64,000 bases of DNA from Owenia fusiformis (lineage: Eukaryota), in NCBI GenBank assembly GCA_903813345.2, contig CAIIXF020000001.1, forward strand, positions 1,302,001 to 1,366,000, in the 5' to 3' direction. The notes beneath the pieces were generated by a model. The model saw only the letters and a list, made by a program, of their open reading frames with translations. It had not been told where the DNA came from and searched no databases. Numbering within the stretch: position 1 is the first letter of the stretch; every line of letters begins with the position of its first letter. Positions 27,246 through 39,994 of this stretch are shown piece by piece. The position numbers were made by a program, and so were the translations under genes.

Positions 27246-27808
27246 TAAAACATTTTCCCATGTTTTGCTAAATATGGAAACTATATATATGATTATAGCT
27301 ACCATATCAAGAGAGAAAGGGTCTGGCAAGGAATATTCCATTAACAAAATACGTTTTATATTCGAACAGTTGCTTGTATTCATAAATGATTTATATCCAC
27401 CAAAACGTTTTTATTATCAATTGCAGTTGATCTGTTCTTACCACTGAGCTCCGGGGACGTCCAAAGAAATATTTTTAAAGCAAAGCATAACCGAGACCCA
27501 CTTATTTGAATAATATATATTTTCATCAGTACTACGACTATACCGGATAGTTTAAAAAGCCTTCGTGTAAACGTTGTGAAAAGTTATCGTAGAAGAACGA
27601 TCTTTCGGAGTATAGGGTGTAGGTGTTTGCATTTGATCCGAACTAGACTCCAACAAAATTCCTGAAAATTATGATAAGCCATTGCATGAGGCGATTTATT
27701 TTGTCCTGGATGAAGTAGCTTAAGTTAAAAATAAATTGTGCGAAATAGTTGATTTGTTGGAAACAAATCATGCTCCAGGGTCTTCCAGAAATCAGACGAA
27801 ATAATTGT

Positions 27809-28246
27809 GGATTCGGGGCAAATCAGATTTCAGGATATGTATTCAGTAAAAGATTCACCGAAATATATTTTGATGCAGAAAATTAATTATAAGTTGTCTG
27901 ACTTTTTTTACACGTTGCCTGTTTTTTTTACTTTGTGAACATTAAAGTTACAAAGCTACAAGGTCATTTTTGAAAATCATTTTTACGTCCTGTGTTATTT
28001 CAATGGGAGAGGTTTCTTGATAAAGCCTACTTTCAGACTTTGCTTAACGTAAATAAAGACATCGTTTTTGTTAAATAAAATTCAAATTCAATTGTCTACT
28101 TATAACGTAATGAAGGTATTAAAATGAATTATATTTCCCCTCCCAAAATAGTTTTTTCTTTACAAATAAGAATTCAAACTTAAAGATGCTTTTAATACAT
28201 AATCCGATGGGTTAGTTAGGATTGCCAAACTTTTGGAGGGGGTGTA
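27809..28246 (-). mobile_element. Partial inverted copy of the element starting at 29070
   Basis: 27809-28010 is the reverse complement of 29493-29686; it ends ttgccaaacttttggagggggtg|TA. Confidence 0.6.
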
Positions 28247-29069
28247 AATGTACAAATTGTATTATTTGAGGAACCCTAATGAAGGGGGGGATTTGTGAAT
28301 AATATAAAAATACAAGAACCCCCGGTCACCAAATCCTGGCTACGCCACTGTTTCGGATCGCTTTTTAAAATTGATTTCCAATTCTTTGGGATGGAAGATA
28401 TTAGGATAATGTAATCTAAAAAGTTTATACTTACCTGGAACTTGTATTTAAACTACTTATACGATGCATTATCATATATAAATGTTGTCTGCAGGGGGAT
28501 CAAACTGACCGCCTCGATTTTGAGAGTACCTTTTGCGAGATTTATATGCGCGTCCTTTTTTGAAGCTTGAGCCAAAGTTATTTTTGGCGTAAAAGGTGAT
28601 TGGGGGTAGGGGGTTTATGATAGTCTGAATTTGATGCAAATAAAATATTGATAGTTGCATTATTTCTAATACTGTAAAAATACAAAATGATCATTATTGC
28701 TCTGTTTGACAGATAATAATTTAGCAGATTGAATTCCATTTCCGACTCCTCATTTTTTCATGAAAATAGAGCCACTGTTAACTAACTTGTGAATTTTTAA
28801 ATGTACAAAATGCCAAAAAATGCCAAATGCCAAAATACTCTATTCGCGATCTTTTTTTCAAATATTACTAGATGAATAATGTTTAACCTTTTTGCATGTT
28901 TCTGTATGTTTATGCATACTTCGGTGTCAGAATTATAATGACAACTTTCTCCAAAGTTTAGATTTAATGTTTTATTGTCCCACTACTCTACGCCTACTTT
29001 TCCAATTTCAGTAATTCGTTTATATTCCGTTGCTATGTGGTTGCTTGGCTTAATCAAGAACCGAACTTA

Positions 29070-30525
29070 CACTCCCCTCCAAAAGTTTGGCAACCTAAGT
29101 TCCCTTGTTGAACAACGTGTTAAAGCTTCTTTATGTTTGAATTTTTATTTAAATAACCTGCGAGGAAAACACCTATAATATTGATGGAAATGTTACTTGA
29201 TTTCATTTCCAATGCCTCCAAATTCTCTCAACCTGTTCCCTCAATTACAATAGGTCGAAAATTGATGATAAATCCGATGAATTTTTGAAAATTGACATTC
29301 CTATGTTAACCGATGAGAAATGGTAGGTTTTCCGCAAGTCATATGACAGAATATTTATCCCTCCGAGTTCTTACAAAACGTACAAGTTAGGTAGGCTAGT
29401 GAATTTGCTAAATTTGTTTAATAAAAAATTGATATGTTTCTTCAGGTTTAAAAAAGTTATAGGCTTTCAAAGCCAAACTTATTTTTCAAAAAACTCCTAT
29501 TGAAATAACACAGGAGGCAAAAAATTATTTTCAAAAATAACTTTGAAGCTATGTAACATTAGTATTCATAAGCAAGCTGAACACTTAGCGTACAAAAAGT
29601 CAGACAATTCAATTTTATATTAAAAATATTTTTTTGGTAAATCTTTTACTGGATAGATATCCTGAAATCCGATTTGGCCCGAACCCACCATTTCCCATTG
29701 GTTTACATGGGAATGACGATTTTCAAAAAAATCATCAAAGAAGGAGGGAAATTAGCGCAACAGATTTTGGACAGTCATATGTTGGATTTTGGCCAATTTC
29801 TGAGGATTTAAACAATGGCATATGTTAGGCCAATGCGTTACCTCCAGGAAAATCACTTCTAGAGATGATAAAACAATTTCGACTATGAAACAGGGTAGAT
29901 GCAAACAACCCACCAACATGTTTTCCTGATTTTCGACCCCTTCCATCCCTGCTTCTTCAATTTTTCTTGCATCAATATGTTGCGTTTTGACACATAGTTA
30001 ACCACTTAAAGGGAATAAATGATTCCTTCAGGGGTTTTAAAGATAACCATTATGGGTGACCAAACTTAGCTGAAAGCAATGATTTTCCCTATGGGAAAAT
30101 AATATGGGAAATATTGTTTTCGACTTTATCTAAAAGGAATCACTTATTCCTTTTAAGGGATTAAATGTGTGTCAAAGCGCAACATATTGATGCAAGAAAA
30201 ATTTAAAAAGCAGGTATGGAGGGGTTGAAAATCAGGAAAACATTACAGAAAAAACATGTTGGTGGGTTGTTTGCATATACCCTGTCTCAAAGTCAAAATT
30301 ATTTTATCATCTCTAGAAGTGATTTTCCTGGAGGTAATACATTGGCCTAACATATGCCATTGTTTAAATCGCCAGGAAATGGCCAAAATCCAACATATGA
30401 CTGTCCAAAATCTGTTGCGCTGATTTCCCTCCTCCTTTATCATCAATTTCGACCTATTGTAAGGGAAAAATGGAAAAAAATTTGAGGCATTGGAAATTAA
30501 GCCAAGTTACGTTTCAATCAATATG
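29070..30525. mobile_element. Tc1-like foldback element with a central ~700-bp palindrome
   Basis: TA|CACTCCCCTCCAAAAGTTTGGCAACC end; 29740-30030 inverted versus 30135-30435; 29185-29272 inverted versus 30437-30522. Confidence 0.7.
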
Positions 30526-30748
30526 TAAGACATTAGGGTTAAATGTTCAAAAATTGATTTCAGATTGGCAAAATAGTTTAAGGTATTAGAATAAGCCTAC
30601 GTAGAAATCCTTTCCTCCGATGTTTGTCAAAAAGTATATTGGTCTTGTATTTTAGTTCAAATCTTACAAAACAATTAAAACGATCACATGCCTAAAATAA
30701 TCAATTCCAAATGTGTTTTGAAACTAATACTATACCTTCTTTTCCTAG

Positions 30749-30862
30749 ATGAATGGAGTCCTCTTGGCGTTGAATTTGACGTTGTTTGGTTTCCCAATCT
30801 ACATTAACAGGCAGCTGAAGACTCAAAAGGATCCACCTAATAATGAGCCCAGTCGTAATTAG
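30749..30862 (+). CDS. SLC43A3: SLC43A3-like terminal exon 8
   Basis: Strong acceptor ccttcttttcctAG, phase 0; MNGVLLALNLTLFGFPIYINRQLKTQKDPPNNEPSRN* supplies the last TM (compare VNVMFMLAILLTFFHPFLVY). It lies after a 12.6-kb intron. Confidence 0.75.
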   Translation: MNGVLLALNLTLFGFPIYINRQLKTQKDPPNNEPSRN

Positions 30863-31283
30863 GAAGAAAATCACGGACTACTATATTCTGGATCTTTAGA
30901 GCGGTGTCTATGTTGCAAAGGCTGGGAACTAAAACTGTTAATTTATTGCTTCGTGAAGATGCTAGATGCATTCTTGGCCCAAGAGTAATTCATTGCATTA
31001 CATGATCTGCTATGAAAGCAGTGAAGGACCGATCTTGAAGGACGGTTAGATGAACACTAATTATAATTTTCAAACTAGAGAGCAGATCTTCCTCAAATAT
31101 ACTATTGAGTCCCAGCGTTAAAGTCTTTTTAATTGAACTTTTTTGTAAATATTTTAACAAATGTACTTTCAACCGAATGTTCCCATGATAACCATATTGA
31201 AACATTCAAACACTTTCTTGTACAGCGACCTCTGAGCATCAACCCAAGATGCCAACTCCTAAGGAACTCCATATAACATGAGT

Positions 31284-34200
31284 CACTGGCATGTAGCGGC
31301 CCTGATATCGATAAATTCTACACGCAATATAACCCGATTTTAGATGCTTGGTTAAAACTTTACACGAAAAAGCCTCGATATCCGGGCATTTACTCTTACA
31401 CTGAACTGAAAATAGCATCGTCTAAACGCGTATGTCTTGGCTTCCGGGTAAGTCTATCAACATTTATACTCAATTGAAAGAGCAGTCGTGCTTATATCAC
31501 TGGCATGTAGCGATTATAGCGGTCCTGTCTTGGCTTATTGAATTGTTACGAAGTTACGTATGCGGTGCGGAAGTTAGAGAGCAAATGACCATCATTTCAA
31601 TGTAATAGTTTATGCAGGAAAATTGAGATTAGGCCATTGGAGTATTTGTTTCATGCATTTGTAAAACATTACCCACTCATAGGTCATACTTATCGTTAAA
31701 CCAATAACTCAAATATATGCCCTTGTACACCGATCACCTGTTGAAATTAATACAGGCCGATTTCAACAAATGTAAAGGGCGATATATTTAAAATCGTATT
31801 CAAGCATGATCACGCCCCACTTCTTTTGTTTTCTTTACAACTAAGCTATGACTGCAGTCTATTCAGTGTTGCGTATCGAACCTTGTTTATTATAAAAATA
31901 GTGCAACAACAAGCAGAATTCACACATTTACCTTATACTTATTCTCAACTGAAGACATTGAATTTATCTCTTAGGTTTTACATTATAAATATCTTAACAT
32001 GCAGAATACGAAAATAGAGGCTTAGGCCCAACTTTGTATGAATTTTATGAGAATAATCTGATTTTAGAGAAATGAAAAGAAAAATGTCCACACCCTACAC
32101 AAAATATTTATGGTTCCCCGGGAATACGTATGTGCTGCTTGTATATTAGAATCGTATTCCAGTTACAGAAAGAAGTACATATCATGCTAAACTATATACA
32201 ACAGTTATGCACTTGGAGGTTTTGGATACAGGGAATATCCCGAGGGATATATAATTCATCTTCCCTTGGTCCCTTCGGTCCCTCGGGAAGATATATTGTT
32301 TATCCCTCGGGATATTCCCTGTATCCAAAACCTCCAATTGCATAACCCCTATATATTGGCCAAGGGATAATCCCAATATCCTGAACCGCGACTATAGGAT
32401 AATATGTTTATCCCATACCAATCTTGGTCATCTGGTTCACATTTTTAAATCGTGGAAACATTTTAGAATATTCATGTCCAGTTTTGTTTTCTTGGCCGTG
32501 GGCGGATTTTCATGTTCTCTCAAATATTCCCATATTCTCTCGAATTTTTTATTGATTAAGTGGATGCTCTTTCCCCTTTTTTAACTATCAAACAGACCCT
32601 GATTGTCTGTGTTTTCTCCATTGCCGTTTACAGTCATTCCGCGAACGTTACAAATTATGAACAAACATGCAAGCGGCGATTATGACGTAGCGGGCAGATA
32701 TACTATATCTGCCCGCTTGGAGCGGGGCGTAAAGCTTTATCCCATGGTTGCAAGGAGGATATAGATCGAATATCACATGATGATATATTTGATATGTGGA
32801 TCAAGATATCATATTTTAGCAAACAATTTACAAACCATCGAATATCACTTTTAAACTATCGAATATCACATCTTAAATAGAGGATATCCTATGATTTATG
32901 AGTGATATGATTTTTATCCACGAATGGATATGATATCTGCACGAGTGAGCGTAGCGAGAGAGTGCAGATATCAACATCCATAAGTGGATTAAAATCATAT
33001 CACGAGTAAATCATAGGATGTTCTTTATATTCCATAGTTAAAGTCATCATCAGAATCGTCGGGAATTAAGTGATTTAAAACGAATTTTCCAAACGATACG
33101 GCAATATTGACACTTAGCCTCGTTTTGAGTCTGAAGTAGCAAAAATCCATAAACCATGGCATACGGCGCCGTATGTCATGGCTAAAAGCCCCCCCCCCCC
33201 CCTAAAACACCGTATGCTATGGTTAAGTGAAAATTTGCCAAAAATATCATATTTTACCACTGATTTCAAAAGTACCGTTTTTATTTTGACATGTTATCCT
33301 ATGGATATCATGCTAACTATGGAATAATATAGGAATATCCTATGGCTCTGAAAAAATATCACTTATATCCATGAGTGGATATTGATATCTTCGCCAGTGA
33401 GCGCAGCGAATGAGTGAAGATACTGATATCCATGAGTGGATATAAGTGATATTTTTGAAAAAACATAGGATTGTCCGTTTATCCCATTGGGAATTATTAT
33501 CCAGCGAACATTGAATAGTCAGATAAATTGCAATGGAAATTCCATTTGGTCTGACATTTTGATTGCGATAATTCAACGAACGTCATATACGTGACGTAAC
33601 AGAGTGGTTTGTATTTAATGCGAACGCCGTAAAAACAAGATCCCAAAAAATAAAAATATATAATAAATATATAAACAATCGTTTTGCTGAATTAATAAAA
33701 AAATTGAAAAAATCAAAACCATCGAATATCACTTTTGAAACCATCGAATATCACTTTTGAAACCATCGAATATCACCTTTCAAAAAGTGACATTCGATGG
33801 TTTCAAAAGTGATATTCGATGATTTGGGAATTGTTTGCTAAAATATGATCTTCATCCACGTATCAATTATATCTTCACGTGATATTCGATCTATATCCTT
33901 GTAACCATGGGATAAATAAGGGTTATGTACTGGGGGGTTTTGGATATGGGGTTTTTCCAGAGGGAGATATGCATATCTACCTGAGGGACCGTAGGGACAG
34001 AAAGTAGATGTGCATATCTCACGAGGGATGAACCCAATATCCAAACCGACCGTACATAACTGCTTTATCCTATACCAAGTAGAGTTTTCAGTAGTACAAG
34101 GTGTAAAAAATAAACAAATCATTCATATGCAAAGTCATTTTATTGCATTTCCACTTTTTTTGGAAGCGGGAAGATACGCCCCGAAGCGGGAAGATATGCA

Positions 34201-37200
34201 CCGAAGCGGGAGATATGACGGGAGATATGGAGGTTCTTGATATGGAAACCTCAAAATCAGGATACGGGATATATCTTTTTCCAACTTATCTCCCTAAAAC
34301 CCTACTTGGCATAGGATAAATCAAGATAATTTCTACTCGCATCTAGTCTATTCCACATATTTGGGAAAAGTGTACAGGAAAATCTCCATGTTCAATTGAT
34401 GTATGATCAATATATACGAATCGAATGTATTCTCGTGTGCATTACAATATCCACATTGAAACATTTTTGGCCTGCAATGGACGTATAATAAATTAGAATA
34501 TGAGGCCGTGTTATCATTCTAATGTAAAGTCATGGTATTTACTGTGGTATTGGGTTGCAAGCTAATATCAGATTCAATGCAAATTAATCATCTAATATCA
34601 GATGCGCGATCAGTCCAATAATCTAATTTCAGGTCATCAGTTCGATATCTAGCACTTGTTCTAACGACACGGTATTACTAGGCTATCATATTATAAATAC
34701 ACACACATATAAAACAATCAAACTGGTACACGATATAAGCACGACTGCTCTTTCAATTGAGTATAAATGTTGATAAACTCACCCGGAAGCCAAGACATAC
34801 ACGTTTAGACGATGCTATTTTCAGTTCAGTGTAAGAGTAAATGCCCGGATATCGAGGCTTTTTCGTGTAAAGTTTTAACCAAGCATCTAAAATCGGGTTA
34901 TATTGCGTGTAGAATTTATCGATATCAGGGCCGCTACATGCCAGTGTTATATCGTGTACCAGTTTGATTGTTTTATATGTGTGTGTATTTATAATATGAT
35001 AGCCTAGTAATACCGTGTCGTTAGAACAAGTGCTAGATATCGAACTGATGACCTGAAATTAGATTATTGGACTGATCGCGCATCTGATATTAGATGATTA
35101 ATTTGCATTGAATCTGATATTAGCTTGCAACCCAATACCAAAGTAAATACCATGACTTTACATTAGAATGATAACACGGCCTCATATTCTAATTTATTAT
35201 ACGTCCATTGCAGGCCAAAAATGTTTCAATGTGGATATTGTAATGCACACGAGAATACATTCAATTCGTATATATTGATCATACATCAATTGAACATGGA
35301 GATTTTCCTGTACACTTTTCCCAAATATGTGGAATAGACTAGATGCGAGTAGAAATTATCTTGATTTATCCTATGCCAAGTAGGGTTTTAGGGAGATAAG
35401 TTGGTAAGATATATCCCGTATCCTGATTTTGAGGTTTCCAAATCAAGAACCTCCATATCTCCCGTCATATCTCCCGCTTCGGTGCATATATTCCCGCTTC
35501 GGGGCGTATCTTCCCGCTTCCAAAAAAGTGGAAATGCAATAAAATGACTTTGCATATGAATGATTTGTTTATTTTTTACACCTTGAACTACTGAAAACTC
35601 TACTTGGTATAGGATAAAGCAGTTATGTACGGTCGGTTTGGATATTGGGTTCATCCCTCCTGAGATATGCACATCTACTTTCTGTCCCTACGGTCCCTCA
35701 GGTAGATATGCATATCTCCCTCTGGAAAAACCCCATATCCAAAACCCCCCAGTACATAACCCTTATTTATCCCATGGTTACAAGGATATAGATCGAATAT
35801 CACGTGAAGATATAATTGATACGTGGATGAAGATCATATTTTAGCAAACAATTCCCAAATCATCGAATATCACTTTTGAAACCATCGAATGTCACTTTTT
35901 GAAAGGTGATATTCAATGGTTTCAAAAGTGATATTCGATGGTTTCAAAAGTGATATTCGATGGTTTTGATTTTTCCATTTTTTTATTAATTCAGCAAAAC
36001 GATTGTTTATATATTTATTATATATTTTTATTTTTTCGGATCTTGTTTTTACGGCGTTCGCATTAAATACAAACCACTCTGTTACGTCACGTATATGACG
36101 TTCGTTGAATTATCGCAATCAAAATGTCAGACCAAATGGAATTTCCATTGCAATTTATCTGACTATTCAATGTTCGCTGGATAATAATTCCCAATGGGAT
36201 AAACGGACAATCCTATGTTTTTTCAAAAATATCACTTATATCCACTCATGGATATCAGTATCTTCACTCATTCGCTGCGCTCACTGGCGAAGATATCAAT
36301 ATCCACTCATGGATATAAGTGATATTTTTCAGAGCCATAGGATATTCCTATATTATTCCATAGTTAGCATGATATCCATAGGATAACATGTCAAAATAAA
36401 AACGGTATTTTTGAAATCAGTGGTAAAATATGATATTTTTGGCAAATTTTCACTTAACCATAGCATACGGTGTTTTAGGGGGGGGGGGGGGCTTTTAGCC
36501 ATGACATACGGCGCCGTATGCCATGGTTTATGGATTTTTGCTACTTCAGACTCAAAACGAGGCTAAGTGTCAATATCGCCGTATCGTTTGGAAAATTCGT
36601 TTTAAATCACTTAATTCCCGACGATTCTGATGATGACTTTAACTATGGAATATAAAGAACATCCTATGATTTACTCGTGATATGATTTTAATCCACTTAT
36701 GGATGTTGATATCTGCACTCTCTCGCTACGCTCACTCGTGCAGATATCATATCCATTCGTGGATAAAAATCATATCACTCATAAATCATAGGATATCCTC
36801 TATTTAAGATGTGATATTCGATAGTTTAAAAGTGATATTCGATGGTTTGTAAATTGTTTGCTAAAATATGATATCTTGATCCACATATCAAATATATCAT
36901 CATGTGATATTCGATCTATATCCTCCTTGCAACCATGGGCTAAAGCTTTACGTCCCGCTCCAAGCGGGCAGATATAGTATATCTACCCGCTACGTCATAA
37001 TCGCCGCTTGCGTGTTTGTTCATAATTTGTAACGTTCGCGGAATGACTGTAAACGGCAATGGAGAAAACACAGACAATCAGGGTCTGTGTGATAGTTAAA
37101 AAAGGGGAAAGAGCATCCACTTAATCAATAAAAATTCGAGAAAATAAATATGGGAATATTTGAGAGAACATGAAAATCCGCCCACGGCCAAGAAAACAAA

Positions 37201-38181
37201 ACTGGACATGAATATTCTAAAATGTTTCCACGATTTAACAATGTGAACCAGATGACCAAGATTGGTATGGGATAAACATATTATCCTATAGTCGCGGTTC
37301 AGGATATTGGGATTATCCCTTAGCCAATATGTAGGGGTTATGCAATTGGAGGTTTTGGATACAGGGAATATCCCGAGGGATATACAATATATCTTCCCGA
37401 GGGACCGAAGGGACCAAGGGAAGATGAATTATATATCCCTCGGGATATTCCCTGTATCCAAAACCTCCAAGTGCATAACTGTTGTATATAGTTTAGCATG
37501 ATATGTACTTCTTTCTGTAACTGGAATACGATTCTAATATACAAGCAGCACATACGTATTCCCGGGGAACCATAAATATTTTGTGTAGGGTGTGGACATT
37601 TTTCTTTTCATTTCTCTAAAATCAGATTATTCTCATAAAATTCATACAAAGTTGGGCCTAAGCCTCCATTTTCGTATTCTGCATGTTAAGATATTTATAA
37701 TGTAAAACCTAAGAGATAAATTCAATGTCTTCAGTTGAGAATAAGTATAAGGTAAATGTGTGAATTCTGCTTGTTGTTGCACTATTTTTATAATAAACAA
37801 GGTTCGATACGCAACATTGAATAGACTGCAGTCATAGCTTAGTTGTAAAGAAAACAAAAGAAGTTGGGACGTGGTCATGCTTGAATACGATTTTAAATAT
37901 ATCGTCCTTTACATTTGTTGAAATCGGCCTGTATTCATTTCAACAGGTGATCGGTGTACAAGGGCATATATTTGAGTTATTGGTTTAACGATAAGTATGA
38001 CCTATGAGTGGGTAATGTTTTACAAATGCATAAAACAAATACTCCAATGGCCTAATCTCAATTTTCCTGCATATTACATTGAAATGATGGTCATTTGCTC
38101 TCTAACTTCCGCACCGCATACGTAACTTCGTAACAATTCAATAAGCCAAGACAGGACCGCTATAATCGCTACATGCCAGTG
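31284..38181 (+). mobile_element. Outer copy of a ~3.45-kb non-autonomous DNA transposon (15-bp TIR CACTGGCATGTAGCG, 6-bp TSD ATGAGT), split by the inner copy
   Basis: ATGAGT|CACTGGCATGTAGCG at 31278/31284 and CGCTACATGCCAGTG|ATGAGT at 38181/38187. Its body is 31284-31497 plus 34953-38181. Confidence 0.92.
31498..34946 (-). mobile_element. Inner, complete, inverted copy of the same transposon, 6-bp TSD TTATAT
   Basis: TTATAT|CACTGGCATGTAGCG (31492/31498) ... CGCTACATGCCAGTG|TTATAT (34946/34952). 34739-34946 is the reverse complement of 31284-31491. Confidence 0.92.
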
Positions 38182-38195
38182 ATGAGTGATTGCTT

Positions 38196-38378
38196 AGCTT
38201 GTATTCGCGAATGTTACTAACGTCTAGCGGCTGCCGGATTACTTACTATTTTATGACCAACTCATTTAGATATGAATAGTACCTTCCACTATTCCATTCA
38301 TATTTAAATGAGTAGCCCATAAAATAGGAGGTTCATCCGGTAGCCGACAGGCTTTAGCTGCATTCGCGAATACAAGCT
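38196..38378. mobile_element. ~180-bp palindromic MITE
   Basis: agcttgtattcgcgaatg ... cattcgcgaatacaagct; a related copy is at 51800-51957. Confidence 0.75.
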
Positions 38379-38463
38379 TATATCAAGAATTATAACTTGA
38401 ACCATTGTATCTATCACATATAAAAAACAAAAAAGCTCTCTGACTCAAACAGGATATACAAAT

Positions 38464-38907
38464 TTATACCACTCTAAGTCCAATTACAGTTGTATAACAT
38501 GGGTCTATAACAACGATATACAGTGGAGAGTGGTATATCGTCATCGTATACAACTCCTCCGTATACACTCCAGCGTATACCACTGTAGAAGTGCATTCTG
38601 GGAAATAATGAATAAAAAAATCATGATTTCCTAGAATCAAGTGACGTCATAAATCAACATCAGCATTATTGAGTTGGCTGTCAATGGGATATTTTTATGG
38701 TTTTTAATTGTTATGATTGTGTTCGAATCAACTGTAATTGAACTTAGAGTGGCATAATAAGATTATATAATGGTTCATTCTGTATATCGTGCATTTTATA
38801 CTCTCGTGAGAATATAATATATTCACTCGTTCGCTACGCTCACTTGTGAATATATCATATACTCACTCGAGTATAAACACGATATACAGAAAGAACCATT
38901 TATATAA
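38464..38907. mobile_element. TIR-bounded unit (38464-38757) plus long hairpin (38763-38907)
   Basis: ttataccactctaagtccaattacagttg versus caactgtaattgaacttagagtggcataa; the hairpin is centred on cactcgttcgctacgctcacttgtg. Confidence 0.7.
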
Positions 38908-39412
38908 CCTCATAATATCCTATTCACTCCAAATATGCCAGTTATCCTCCGATAAGGCGAATTTAAGACATGTACATGTAGGTATATCATGTACAAAATT
39001 GACGCACTATCCTGTCATGTACGAAGACGTAACAAACTTTATCTCTTTTTCATTACACCATCTATTCAATAAATATAAATATATTCATAAATATGATATA
39101 TTATGTACAATTATAAATAAAACAGTATTTCTTTATTATAAATAAAACAGTATTTCTTTTTAATTTATACAGTTATATTCTTAGAAATCTTCCAAGGTCT
39201 TGGACCAGGCATTACTTTTTGTAAGTTAGCTATATACATCGCCCTTTCTTTGGGATTACACCTAACTATATTTCTATAGTATTCAAATACCATTATAAAT
39301 GGAAGGTAGATATGCTTGCACGAAGATAGATATGATATAATATTGTGATGTCATGCATTTCGTTGTGTTCTTTAATAAGAGTGACATCCTCTCTAACAAC
39401 GGCGTTCTTGTT

Positions 39413-39739
39413 CTATACAACGACGGGACGAGAGGACGCAGTTAGATTCAACGGTCCACTCTGTTGTGGCTCAAATACGTTATCGTCCATATACATTGAC
39501 GTAGCATCCACGTTGACACGCAATGGTGCCACGTGAGGTGACGTCATTTTAACACCTGGAGATTTCATTGATTGTCCCATAGACATGAGAATATCTCGAG
39601 AACGGTCCTCTTGTTTTACAATACACGGTGGAGCTGCCGAGACTTCTTGCTTTGCTTGTGCGTGGGTCAACAAGTGTGCTCTGAGGTGGCTTCGCTGAGT
39701 AAAAACTTTATCACAAGTTTCACATTTATGCGAGGATTC
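39413..39739 (-). CDS. odd: odd-skipped/Osr terminal exon (zinc finger 4 and C-terminal tail)
   Basis: Acceptor tatgttttcAG; ESSHKCETCDKVFTQRSHLRAHLLTH...GPLNLTASSRPVVV*. Confidence 0.88.
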   Translation of the reverse strand, partial: ESSHKCETCDKVFTQRSHLRAHLLTHAQAKQEVSAAPPCIVKQEDRSRDILMSMGQSMKSPGVKMTSPHVAPLRVNVDATSMYMDDNVFEPQQSGPLNLTASSRPVVV

Positions 39740-39994
39740 CTGAAAACATATGAAGCTGATGTCAACGTTTTATCCATGGAAATATTGGAACAACTAGAAC
39801 GCAATCTATGTCGATGTAGAAAATCCATGTTAAATCATTTTATATTAATTGTTGATTTTCGTCTATTCATTTTTTTGTTTTTTATTTAAAATAGTCAACA
39901 GAAGGCTATTGTAAGGGTTATGTGCTGATTGAACATGCAGGGTGACCCAAAAGTAGGTTTACAGTTTACAGTAAGAGTTATAGTATACATTCAC

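Noticed and set aside
31826-37878. Duplicated short ORFs in both arms as real genes or a transposase
   Set aside because: All are under 100 aa with no recognisable domain, differ by frameshifts or stops between the arms, and overlap hairpin DNA.
31498-38181. Palindrome as an assembly or amplification fold-back artefact
   Set aside because: The arms differ by SNPs and indels, and both insertions have exact 6-bp TSDs and TIRs, which a chimera would not produce. Long-read confirmation is still desirable.
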